Positions 9,511 through 18,152 of a DNA stretch of 64,000 nucleotides are shown here, one piece after another. Origin of the DNA: Bacteriovoracia bacterium. Its GTDB lineage: Bacteria; Bdellovibrionota; UBA1018; JBFWNL01. The stretch is from assembly GCA_050251055.1 (NCBI GenBank), contig JBFWNL010000008.1:1-64000 (forward strand), given 5' to 3'. Below the pieces are notes generated by a model, which was not told the DNA's origin, did no database searches, and saw nothing but the letters and a program-made list of their open reading frames with translations. The first letter of the stretch is position 1. Each line of letters starts with the position of its first letter. The translations under genes and the position numbers were made by a program.

Positions 9511-11024
9511 GGGTCCAACCTCCGCCTGGGCTGCTCGAGAAATGCGTCGCTTCGCAAGAACTCGAGCAGGAACGGCCGTACTTTACGGTCTTTTTCGGAA
9601 AACTTTCGCGTCTGATGCGCCAGGACGGCTTCGGGAACGGCATCAAACAAACCCCGATTCCATGCGTAGTTCAGGAAATGCTTGGCGCTGGCGCGATCGA
9701 ACCGCTCGGGCGTCTTCTCCATGATCGCGAGCCCCAAGTCGCGGAGATAGCGCACGGGGGTGCCATAGTACTCGAAGCGGTTCTCCAGATTCACCGCTTG
9801 CAGGTCCGTCAAACGTTTCATGTTCGGATCGAGAGCGAAGGGAAAGGTGTATTGCCGACCGTCCGAGTAATACTCCCAGAACGGCCTCACGTAGAGATTC
9901 ATTTGCTGGTGGCAGCTCACGCAGTTGGGCTCGTCCGGGCTTTGCGGGTGGAAGTGGGTCGGCTGTTTGGCGGGATTAAAGTTCGGTCCGCGCGGAATGA
10001 ATTGCGCGGCCAACGGCCGGGGCTCGCCATCAAATGGGAAGGACGAATCCAGCAAGTTTTCGAAAACGAAGCGCAGTTGACGAAAGTGATAGGCGCTTTG
10101 ATACCGCTTGAGAATGTACTGGTTGGTGAGCACGCCGCTCATCGGCCGAACATCGCCAGGCGCCACCGCGCTCGTGGCGCGCGACTGGCACTCCGCGATG
10201 AGCTCGCGACGCACATAGGTGCGGTTGTCTTCCGCCAGCCCGATGCAGTAGTTCGCCGTAATGAGGTCCGAATACGCGAGGTCGTTGACCACTACATAAG
10301 ATCCTAGCCAGGCGCCCCCGTTGGCAATGCGGTCGAAAACGGCGTCGCCTACGCCCAACAGATTTTGGTGGAGCCGCAGCATGGGCATTTTCAGGCACGT
10401 CGGCGTCAGATAGCTTTCCACGGCCCCCTCGTAGGCACGGCGCGCGGAGGCCGCGTCCGGGGCCTCGAGAATGGCCACTACGTGCTCCGTCGCGGGAGCC
10501 CGATCACAGAAATTGAAAGCCACGCCACGGAGCTTTCTCGCCAGATCGTCGTGGGTCAGCTCGGCGGGGGAATTCGACAAAGGGATCGACTCATCCGCGC
10601 TCGGGCAGCGTTCCGGATTCGCGCTCCAGGCTCGGATCGCCTGAAGCTCCGGAGAATTCGCGTCTAACCCGCAGCAGCGTCCATCGCCGTGAGCGGGATC
10701 CGCCGCGTTTTGCGCGATCTGGTCGGCTCGGCTCCGTGCAACCCCGTAAGCGGCTTCCACGGACGCATCGGCAAACGCCGGCAGAAGCGCGCCCGATCCG
10801 TGGCAGGTACTACACCGGGGAACGAGCGTGTTTTGCCAGATCGTTCGAAAGCCCGCTTCGCCGCAGGTGGCGGCGGGGGACGACTGGGCGGATGGACGGC
10901 GAGCCTCAAAGCGCAAGGCGGGCTCGTCCTTCGGAAAGACGCAGGCGCTTAAGACTAAAAGCGCGGTCACCGCCAGTGATGAAATCGAGGCCCCCCAAGA
11001 CATCGCCTTTTTCTCCCTATGCAT
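9507..11024 (-). CDS. c-type cytochrome lipoprotein (two CxxCH)
   Basis: VLSAC lipobox; CSTCH and CVSCH; SGVLT...R motif resembling DUF1588/DUF1549 families. Confidence 0.75.
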   Translation of the reverse strand: MHREKKAMSWGASISSLAVTALLVLSACVFPKDEPALRFEARRPSAQSSPAATCGEAGFRTIWQNTLVPRCSTCHGSGALLPAFADASVEAAYGVARSRADQIAQNAADPAHGDGRCCGLDANSPELQAIRAWSANPERCPSADESIPLSNSPAELTHDDLARKLRGVAFNFCDRAPATEHVVAILEAPDAASARRAYEGAVESYLTPTCLKMPMLRLHQNLLGVGDAVFDRIANGGAWLGSYVVVNDLAYSDLITANYCIGLAEDNRTYVRRELIAECQSRATSAVAPGDVRPMSGVLTNQYILKRYQSAYHFRQLRFVFENLLDSSFPFDGEPRPLAAQFIPRGPNFNPAKQPTHFHPQSPDEPNCVSCHQQMNLYVRPFWEYYSDGRQYTFPFALDPNMKRLTDLQAVNLENRFEYYGTPVRYLRDLGLAIMEKTPERFDRASAKHFLNYAWNRGLFDAVPEAVLAHQTRKFSEKDRKVRPFLLEFLRSDAFLEQPRRRLDP

Positions 11025-11094
11025 ACCAGTTTATATTGTTGATCAAAACAAACAACTATTGTACGGCGACCGACACTCCCCTGAGAGAAATGGC

Positions 11095-11111
11095 GTATTC
11101 AGTTTGAATAC
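11095..11111. promoter_or_regulatory. palindromic operator-like box A (GTATTC-N5-GAATAC)
   Basis: GTATTCAGTTTGAATAC, intergenic, about 70 bp upstream of the 11024 start. Confidence 0.7.
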
Positions 11112-11133
11112 AGGCCCATCGTTTATTCGAATT

Positions 11134-11904
11134 TCACAGAGTAATCGCGTCACTAAACTCGGGCGGACGTGCTCCCCCGCTCGATCCTGGCGGGGGCGGC
11201 GGACCGGCCATCGAGGGGCAAGGCGGTGGATCGTCGGGCACCGTACCGGATTCAAAGCTAGGGAGACCCCGACAAGCGGGCTGGCCGTTAACAATTCCCA
11301 GGAGATAACATCCCGCTGGGCATCCGTTCGGGAGCAGGTCTTGGGCCACGGCGGTCAGGGCTTGGCAAAGGGCTCCCCCTTGCGCGTCGAATCCCACGAG
11401 AACTTTTCCGGCCGGACAAGCCGCTGCGAGAGCGGGATCGATCAAGCATTGCGCGACGGTTTGGGTGCCCGTGTTTCGGGCCGGAATCGTCCAGGCGGGT
11501 TCGCGAATCCCACCCGCGGTTCTCACGCGAAGCTTTAACCGCAATACGCTGAATTCACCGCTCGACCAGATCTCCTCCAAGTTCACCGCGGTGATGTTGA
11601 GTCCGTTTCTTACCGCACCGGCGGTCAGGTTGAAGTCCGAGCCCAGCGGCAAACTCAAGGGAGCGGAGCCCGATCCGCCTCCGGAAGCATAGCTTTGATT
11701 CGCCACGAGCCCGTTGCAAAGCTGGGGATCGCTAACCGCATGGGACACGAGGCTCTTGAATTGGATAAACTCCAATTGATCCCGGTTGATTTTGGTTTGC
11801 CGGAAATAAGCGGAGTAACCGCCGATGGCGGCCAGAAGTACGATCGCGAGCAACCCAAGTCCGCTTAGGTTTTCTATCAATGTGAAGCCTCGGTTATTTC
11901 CCAT
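11134..11904 (-). CDS. type IV pilin-like protein (prepilin leader)
   Basis: NNRG|FTLIE class III signal peptide; CPAG-containing Cys-rich C-terminal repeats. Confidence 0.85.
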   Translation of the reverse strand: MGNNRGFTLIENLSGLGLLAIVLLAAIGGYSAYFRQTKINRDQLEFIQFKSLVSHAVSDPQLCNGLVANQSYASGGGSGSAPLSLPLGSDFNLTAGAVRNGLNITAVNLEEIWSSGEFSVLRLKLRVRTAGGIREPAWTIPARNTGTQTVAQCLIDPALAAACPAGKVLVGFDAQGGALCQALTAVAQDLLPNGCPAGCYLLGIVNGQPACRGLPSFESGTVPDDPPPCPSMAGPPPPPGSSGGARPPEFSDAITL

Positions 11905-13660
11905 AGGGATTCACCTTCCAAACGTCGTTTCCCCGCACCGGGTCTTGGTCCCCCCCGAAGATGTAGGCGTTGTAACCCACGGTACCGAACCCAAACGCGC
12001 TCCGCGGTACCGGGGGAATATTAGGATGGGCCAAATCGGGGCCGGGGTCTTGGTCCCGTCGCTTGAGCTGATACCCCGGCGAAGGCTTATCGGGGGAAAG
12101 CTCGTACACCCAGAGATCGCCTCGACGCACGACCGGGTCGGTGACGGGCGCCGGCTGCGGGAGCGCACCTTCGTGCTGATAGCTCGCCCCCCCGAAGATG
12201 AACAACTTGGTGCCGATCGAGACCATGCGCAAACTCGTGCGGGGGGCGGGCACGGTGACGCCAGGTGTGCCGCTGCCGTCGTGGATCCGCGTGAAGGAAT
12301 ATTTACCCGGGCCATCGGCGGTTTCGAACGACCACAGGTCGTTGAGATAAGCCCCATTTTTTCCGCCAAAAATATAAAGCCGGCTCCCGTTTGCGGCGAG
12401 ACCGTGAAAGCTGCGGCCGGCGGGAAAATCGACGCCGGGTAACCCACCCGCGCTTCCATTATCCTGATCCTTTATGCGGGCAAACGCACCGGTCGCGACG
12501 TCGTAACTCCAAACGTCGTTTCCGTACGTGGTGGCTCCCCCCTCCCGGATCGAACCTCCGAAAATATACAACCGGCTCCCGATTGCCTGCAGAACCGTGT
12601 CGGACCGAAGGCCCGGACCGAAACCGGAACCATGGGCGTAGAGACGGGTCCACTTCACCGTCAACGTATCAAACTTCCAAAGATCGCCGAACCACGCCTG
12701 CGGAGAAGGACGGTAGCCGCCGTAGACGTATAGGTCAGTACCAATGGCGGCGACCCCGGCGGCGGACCTGCCCTCGGGAAAGTGAACTCCCGGGGTTCCG
12801 CCGCCGGAGCCGCCGTTCTCTCCGATCAGCTGTTGATAGGCATGGGTAACCACGTCGAATGACCAGACGTCGTTGCGACGAACCTGCGCGCTATCGGCGC
12901 CGCCGAATAAAATAAGCCGGTTGCCGATGCTAGGCAGGTAAGCCGCTTGCCGGGCGCGTGGAAACGCGATGTCGACCGGTCCGGTCGCGGTGGTTTCATA
13001 AATATTTTCGTACAGCGGACCAACGTTGAGCGGCCGGCAGTTCTCGGGCGAAGCCGGGGCGGCGACGAGATAGTGTCCGGCGGGACAGCTGCCCACGGAG
13101 CCAATCAGCGACTCATCGACGGGCGCACAGGTCCACTGGCCGTGGACGGTGCCACTCAAGGCAAAGCCCCCCGGGCAGTCCAGGTTCGGAACCGAGCTCG
13201 GCTCGGCTCCGATGCAGCGGGAAATTTTCTGGGTATCGGGGGAAATCTCCAAAAAAGCATTCACACCCAGACCGTGCGTGAAGGGAATCTCGGGTTCGAT
13301 CTTCACCTCGAACCGGTGGTTTCCCACCGCTCCCCGGTTGTGGACCTTCATCCGGGTCAGGTCGGGGCCGAACCAGCTTTCGGGAATCGAATAAGACTGG
13401 ACGGGTTGATGGACGTCGAAGCGCTGATCCCGGAGGATTCGCGTACAAGTGCCCGCGTTTCCGAAGCCCGCGAGCAACCGTTGCATCCCCTGCTGACTGG
13501 CCATCTTTTTTTCCACGGTCACGCGCTGGCGCTGGGATAGCGTCAGAAAATCTCCCAGGACGTAGATACTCGTGACGCCAACCAGGGCGGCTACCATCAT
13601 TTCCAAAGTCGAAAATCCACTTCGATCCCTACTCAGATCGGCGCCGGAAAGTCTTCGCAT
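11894..13660 (-). CDS. pilin-like protein with C-terminal Kelch beta-propeller
   Basis: RSG|FSTLE leader; CPGG/CPAG repeats; about six Kelch repeats (YIFGG...NDVW); start revised from 13804. Confidence 0.85.
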   Translation of the reverse strand: MRRLSGADLSRDRSGFSTLEMMVAALVGVTSIYVLGDFLTLSQRQRVTVEKKMASQQGMQRLLAGFGNAGTCTRILRDQRFDVHQPVQSYSIPESWFGPDLTRMKVHNRGAVGNHRFEVKIEPEIPFTHGLGVNAFLEISPDTQKISRCIGAEPSSVPNLDCPGGFALSGTVHGQWTCAPVDESLIGSVGSCPAGHYLVAAPASPENCRPLNVGPLYENIYETTATGPVDIAFPRARQAAYLPSIGNRLILFGGADSAQVRRNDVWSFDVVTHAYQQLIGENGGSGGGTPGVHFPEGRSAAGVAAIGTDLYVYGGYRPSPQAWFGDLWKFDTLTVKWTRLYAHGSGFGPGLRSDTVLQAIGSRLYIFGGSIREGGATTYGNDVWSYDVATGAFARIKDQDNGSAGGLPGVDFPAGRSFHGLAANGSRLYIFGGKNGAYLNDLWSFETADGPGKYSFTRIHDGSGTPGVTVPAPRTSLRMVSIGTKLFIFGGASYQHEGALPQPAPVTDPVVRRGDLWVYELSPDKPSPGYQLKRRDQDPGPDLAHPNIPPVPRSAFGFGTVGYNAYIFGGDQDPVRGNDVWKVNPYGK

Positions 13661-14301
13661 ACCGGTTCTCCCTCTGACGTAAAGCCACGAACGAACTGAC
13701 GAGCCGTGCATACTCGGGTGAGGCCCGCCAGTTGGCTGGTTTCGATCGGCCGGCAAATCCCCTGTCCGGCCTGAATTCCCGCCAATATTTGGCCGGCGGG
13801 GCACTGAAAGTTAGTAAGATTCCCATTCGAGGCCGCCCGACACGAAAGCAGCTCGGTCCCCGTCGGCAACGTGTTGATGGTGGCGGTCAGCTTCACCTCG
13901 GACTTCGCCGAGGAGACTCCCTGTCCCTGCAGGGCTAGGATCAACGTGCCGAGCGCGGTGGCGTTTCCCGCGCCGGGAACCACGGAATCGATCCGGAAAG
14001 TGGCGGCTACCGGGGCTGGAATGAGCGCGACGTTGGGTTGAATCGCCTGCGGTACGCCGACATCCGTCGCGTCCCAGTGCACATTTTCGAGAAGTTTTTT
14101 ACAGAATTCCGGGGTAGCCAGCAGGGCGCCCGCTTGATCCGTGGAATCGCGAAGCAGGTCCCGCAAGAAAATCGCCTGGCTCAGATGCGCCGAGTTGAGC
14201 AAGCCCGCCAACGAGCTTTCGAAGAGGATGATGGTCAACGCCATGGTCGCCAGCAAAGCGACGACCGAAAACCCTTGTTTGGAGCTTAAACTTACGTGCA
14301 T
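13633..14301 (-). CDS. pilin-like protein
   Basis: KQG|FSVVA leader + hydrophobic helix; CPAGQILAG repeat; start 14301 or 14334. Confidence 0.75.
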   Translation of the reverse strand: MHVSLSSKQGFSVVALLATMALTIILFESSLAGLLNSAHLSQAIFLRDLLRDSTDQAGALLATPEFCKKLLENVHWDATDVGVPQAIQPNVALIPAPVAATFRIDSVVPGAGNATALGTLILALQGQGVSSAKSEVKLTATINTLPTGTELLSCRAASNGNLTNFQCPAGQILAGIQAGQGICRPIETSQLAGLTRVCTARQFVRGFTSEGEPVCEDFPAPI

Positions 14302-14355
14302 CGAAATGGACCCCACTTGACGGTAGGATCGCATGCGTAGGCGTCGAAAAATCAG

Positions 14356-14411
14356 GGGTCAAATGGGACACCCCCGGTAAAACGGCGGGTTTTCGTAACC
14401 GGATTGAATAC
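14356..14411. promoter_or_regulatory. composite box B-N23-box A element upstream of pilin triplet 1
   Basis: GGGTC-AAATGG-GACAC (14356-14371), 23 bp, GTAACC-GGATT-GAATAC (14395-14411). Confidence 0.65.
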
Positions 14412-14414
14412 GGC

Positions 14415-15122
14415 TTAACGTCCTGGCCGCAGGATCGCCCTGAGATCGATGCCGTTGGAAGCGAAGAAGAGGTTCAGGAATTGGAACAGATCATCGATGG
14501 TAATCTGCTCGTCGTAGTTGAAGTCGGCGCTCGTCTCCTGCGCAAACCAGTGGTTGAGAAACACGAAGAGCGTGTCCACGGTGATGCGTCCCGTGCGGTT
14601 GACATCCCCGATGAAGACATCGAAGGGGATCTCAACTAATCCTTCGACGGGTCGCCCGCGTTCGTCACGGAGGCTGTCCAAAAATAGCGCGTACTTGCCG
14701 GCTTCCGTCAAGGGAGGGTCAAAAGTCAGGGTAGCGTTCATACCGGAGGGGTCGACATCCACCTCCGTGCGTACGCCACTAAGATCAATCTCACCGTTCG
14801 CGCCGTTTCCCACGACGGAAATCTCCGCCTGATCGGCATCCCCCTGGCGGATGGGGCGACTGAAGTACACGCGCACGGCCTCCACGCCCCGGGGCCGAAT
14901 TTCCTCGAAAATCTGGTCCGCCGGCGTCGTACGATCGGCGATCACGCGCGCATCGAGGTTGCCGTTGGATCGAGTTTTAAGCGACTCCGCCAGAATGACT
15001 TCCGAATCGCCCGGCAGCCGCGGATCGGAACCCAGCCGATAGGCCTCGTTCTGCAACGACATCCCACAGGCCGAAAATAAAATGAAAAAAGAAAATGCCC
15101 CCAATGCGCGAACGTACACCAT
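14415..15122 (-). CDS. lipoprotein with Ig-like domain and C-terminal dockerin/EF-hand-like pair
   Basis: LFSAC lipobox; GDVNRTGRITVD...ADFNYDEQITIDDLFQFLNLF; start revised from 15236. Confidence 0.7.
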   Translation of the reverse strand: MVYVRALGAFSFFILFSACGMSLQNEAYRLGSDPRLPGDSEVILAESLKTRSNGNLDARVIADRTTPADQIFEEIRPRGVEAVRVYFSRPIRQGDADQAEISVVGNGANGEIDLSGVRTEVDVDPSGMNATLTFDPPLTEAGKYALFLDSLRDERGRPVEGLVEIPFDVFIGDVNRTGRITVDTLFVFLNHWFAQETSADFNYDEQITIDDLFQFLNLFFASNGIDLRAILRPGR

Positions 15123-15338
15123 GCCCCGATACCCCCAAACGGGAGCGGACGAATTCCAACGTGAATAGGAATAAGAAAAAACCCCGAATACGCCCCCGAA
15201 TAGAACCAGTTTATTGAAGCGGTGCGTTAAAGTCAAAACATTGAGTTAAGTTAATGTAATTACTGATTAAATATTTTAGACAAGACCCGGCTCGGCGCTT
15301 CCCAAGCGCGAGATCTGCCGTTATGCAAAGAGATTACG

Positions 15339-17006
15339 ATGGTGGCTTGGTTGACCAAGCGGTGGGCGGATTTATCCATCGCCAAGAAACTCTATTTTGC
15401 GGTCGGAATCATGGCGGCTTTGATCGCCGCGGAGCTGATCACGCTGCGCTTTTCCATGCATACACTTACGGCGGTGCGCGCGTTCGTGGGGGGCGAAGGC
15501 CTTTGGTCCAAGGCCCAGAAAGACGCGCTCTACAGTCTGCAACGATACGTCAGCACACGTGACGAGGCGGACTATCAGGAGTTCCATTCCCAGCTACGTA
15601 TTCCCGAAGGCGATCACATCGCTCGACTCGCGCTCGAAAAACCAACTCCGGATCTCGCCGAAGCACGGCGCGGATTTTTGCAGGGGCAGGTGCATGGCGA
15701 TGACATCACTCCGATGATCGACCTGCTCCGGCGTTTTTATTGGGTTCACTACATCGACCATGCGGTGAAGCTCTGGGGACAGGGTGACGACCTTCTAACC
15801 GAGCTGCGCGCTTCCGCCGTGGCTTACCACGCCACGGTCTCCGGCGCGTCTCCCGATCCCGCGGAGACCCGCCGGCTACTGGACCAAATCCAATCCCTTA
15901 ACCGTCGGCTTACCCAGGTCGAGACCGATTTCTCCAACACGCTCGCCGCCGGCTCGCGCTGGCTCGAGCGCATCCTGATGACGCTCCTGTTTTTCGCCGT
16001 ATTGATTGTGGAGAGCATCGGAATCACGATTACCTACCTCACAAGCCGCAGTCTGGCCCGTGGACTGGCGGAGCTCAACGACGCCGCCCAGCGGATTGGC
16101 CGGGGCGACTTCGGGTTCCGCGTGGCCACGCGCTCCCGAGATGAATTAGGGCGGATGGGGCGGGCGATCAACGAAATGGGCGCGCAGCTGCAGGCTTCCT
16201 ACACGGAGCTAGAAATGCGCGTGGAGGAGCGGACCGCGGAGTTGAAAGGGATGGCGGAAGAAAACGCCCGTCTCTACGCCGAAGCAAAGTCAGCGCTACA
16301 GAGCCGCGATGAGTTCTTATCCATTGCTTCGCACGAACTAAAGACCCCGCTCACCGCGCTTTCGCTACAGCTGCAAATGATGAAGAATAACTTGAACGCG
16401 CTACCCACCGAAGGCACCAACGCCGCGAGGGCGTTCGCCGAAGATCCTAAGCTACAGAAACACCTGACCGGAGCATTGAGCCAAGTACGAAACCTAAGCG
16501 ATCTGATCGAAGAGCTAATGGACCTTACACGACTCCGGCTGGGTAAGTTCAATTTACGGCCGGAACTTTGTGATGTCGCGAAGATCGCCCGGGAAGTCGT
16601 GGAGCACTTTCGCGAAGCGGCCGCCAAGAAAGGCAGCACGCTCGCCCTGCAAGCTCCCGCGCCCGTGCTGGGGAATTACGACCCCACCCGCATCCTGCAG
16701 ATTTTGAACAATCTCGTTTCAAACGCCATTAAGTACGGCCGGGGAAATCCGATTTGCCTGCGCGTGGAACGCGCCGCGGACGGCACCGCCCGGCTATCGG
16801 TATCGGATCACGGCGTGGGAATCACGCCGGAAGAGCAAGCACGAATTTTCGAACGTTTCGAACGGGGGCGATCCGGAGAGGGCGTGAGCGGCTTGGGATT
16901 GGGCCTGTACATCACTCGCCAGATCGTCGAGGCCCACGGCGGAACGATTGAAGTACAAAGCCGACCGGGCGACGGCTCCACTTTTACGGTGTCCCTGTCG
17001 GCTTAG
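15339..17006 (+). CDS. HAMP-domain sensor histidine kinase
   Basis: Two TM helices, HAMP, H-box ASHELKTPL, N-box NLVSNAIKY, DHGVGI, GLGLGL. Confidence 0.95.
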   Translation: MVAWLTKRWADLSIAKKLYFAVGIMAALIAAELITLRFSMHTLTAVRAFVGGEGLWSKAQKDALYSLQRYVSTRDEADYQEFHSQLRIPEGDHIARLALEKPTPDLAEARRGFLQGQVHGDDITPMIDLLRRFYWVHYIDHAVKLWGQGDDLLTELRASAVAYHATVSGASPDPAETRRLLDQIQSLNRRLTQVETDFSNTLAAGSRWLERILMTLLFFAVLIVESIGITITYLTSRSLARGLAELNDAAQRIGRGDFGFRVATRSRDELGRMGRAINEMGAQLQASYTELEMRVEERTAELKGMAEENARLYAEAKSALQSRDEFLSIASHELKTPLTALSLQLQMMKNNLNALPTEGTNAARAFAEDPKLQKHLTGALSQVRNLSDLIEELMDLTRLRLGKFNLRPELCDVAKIAREVVEHFREAAAKKGSTLALQAPAPVLGNYDPTRILQILNNLVSNAIKYGRGNPICLRVERAADGTARLSVSDHGVGITPEEQARIFERFERGRSGEGVSGLGLGLYITRQIVEAHGGTIEVQSRPGDGSTFTVSLSA

Positions 17007-17031
17007 AGCTTCTGCCGATGCGGAACTTTCT

Positions 17032-17048
17032 GTATTCTCGCCGAATAC
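17032..17048. promoter_or_regulatory. palindromic operator-like box A
   Basis: GTATTCTCGCCGAATAC, intergenic, about 80 bp upstream of the small ORF at 17129. Confidence 0.65.
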
Positions 17049-17128
17049 TCATTTCACAACCCGCGTCGGGCGTGGGACGGAAATAAATTACGCGTCACAA
17101 CATTTCATCATAGAATAGAGATTCCCAC

Positions 17129-17284
17129 ATGAGTTTTACGATCGACGAAAACAACCGTCCGAACCAGGTAGGTTTTGGAGAAATGGAAGAAGCCAAGTCG
17201 GGCAGCGTGTACATGGAGGTTTGGACGAAGTCCGACGCCGCCAACACATGGAACACCCATTCGGGACTTGGAACGAAACAGTGA
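17129..17284 (+). CDS. small hypothetical peptide (51 aa)
   Basis: Read by eye: MSFTIDENNRPNQVGFGEMEEAKSGSVYMEVWTKSDAANTWNTHSGLGTKQ; ends 13 bp before the next gene; below the ORF-track cutoff. Confidence 0.4.
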   Translation: MSFTIDENNRPNQVGFGEMEEAKSGSVYMEVWTKSDAANTWNTHSGLGTKQ

Positions 17285-17297
17285 GAGGGAATAATAC

Positions 17298-17543
17298 ATG
17301 ATAAAGTGGATACATCGGCTGGGTGTGAAAATCGTAATGACTGCAGTGCTAACGACTTCGGCTTTTGCCTCGCCAACCGTGCACCCCTTGGATTGGGATT
17401 GCCACTATAGCCAAACGAAGCCGCAAGGCACACTAGGCATCTCCTACTGCGTCGCTAAATGCGGATACTGGCAGAATGGGGTGTTTCACGAAGTGTACGA
17501 GTCGATTTCAATCGATTCGTTTTGTGGTGACCTTCTGATTTAA
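17298..17543 (+). CDS. small secreted Cys-containing protein
   Basis: GAGGGA RBS, signal peptide ending AFA, four Cys. Confidence 0.7.
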   Translation: MIKWIHRLGVKIVMTAVLTTSAFASPTVHPLDWDCHYSQTKPQGTLGISYCVAKCGYWQNGVFHEVYESISIDSFCGDLLI

Positions 17544-17574
17544 CTGTGAGCTGGCACCTCGCCTGCGCGGCATC

Positions 17575-17943
17575 TCACCAAGCGCGCCAGCCCATTCCGC
17601 CGTGTGGCGCCGGGGCTACATACGGATGCGTCCCACCGCCGAAATAATAAGGGGAGTAGAATCCACCCGCCGTGGCCATCGAGGGATAATAAGTGAGCTG
17701 CCCAAGCATCGGCGGCATCGAGTAAGGCAGGAACGGGGTGCCATAAAACGGGCTGAAAGCCGCGCCGTAGCCTCGCGACGTCATGAACATCTGGCAGCGC
17801 GGAGTATTCATGGATAGGGTCCCGCAGCCGGAACCGCCCAAGCCGGCCGCGAAGCCGGGTTCCATCGATACGCCGCCCGAACCCACGATCGCCACCAAAA
17901 TTCCCAAGATAAAACTCTTCACTTTAGGTGCTTTCACTTTCAC
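17575..17943 (-). CDS. secreted Gly/Tyr/Pro-rich small protein
   Basis: AAGGAGA RBS before the GTG at 17943; hydrophobic leader; low-complexity G/Y/P/M body. Confidence 0.55.
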   Translation of the reverse strand: MKVKAPKVKSFILGILVAIVGSGGVSMEPGFAAGLGGSGCGTLSMNTPRCQMFMTSRGYGAAFSPFYGTPFLPYSMPPMLGQLTYYPSMATAGGFYSPYYFGGGTHPYVAPAPHGGMGWRAW

Positions 17944-18035
17944 TCTCCTTGCTCGCTCGCGCTCTCGATTGAGGAACATCGCAAGGGGTGTGCCGGAAGG
18001 AACTACGACCACGTCTCACACAGGTACCGGAAAGA

Positions 18036-18145
18036 CCGCGTATTCATCCGGAATACACGTCGAAGCCAGAAAAAATACCGTCCCTATTTTTTTCGCCTGC
18101 CCAAGACTTCAACAGCGCGTGCTTCCGCGTATTCATCCGGAATAC
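18036..18145. repeat. 21-bp direct repeat pair, each carrying box A
   Basis: CCGCGTATTCATCCGGAATAC at 18036-18056 and 18125-18145. Confidence 0.9.
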
Positions 18146-18152
18146 GAATCAG

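Noticed and set aside
18036-18145. Two identical palindromic 21-bp repeats as a mini-CRISPR
   Set aside because: Only two units, 68-bp spacer, no cas genes; better explained as duplicated box A
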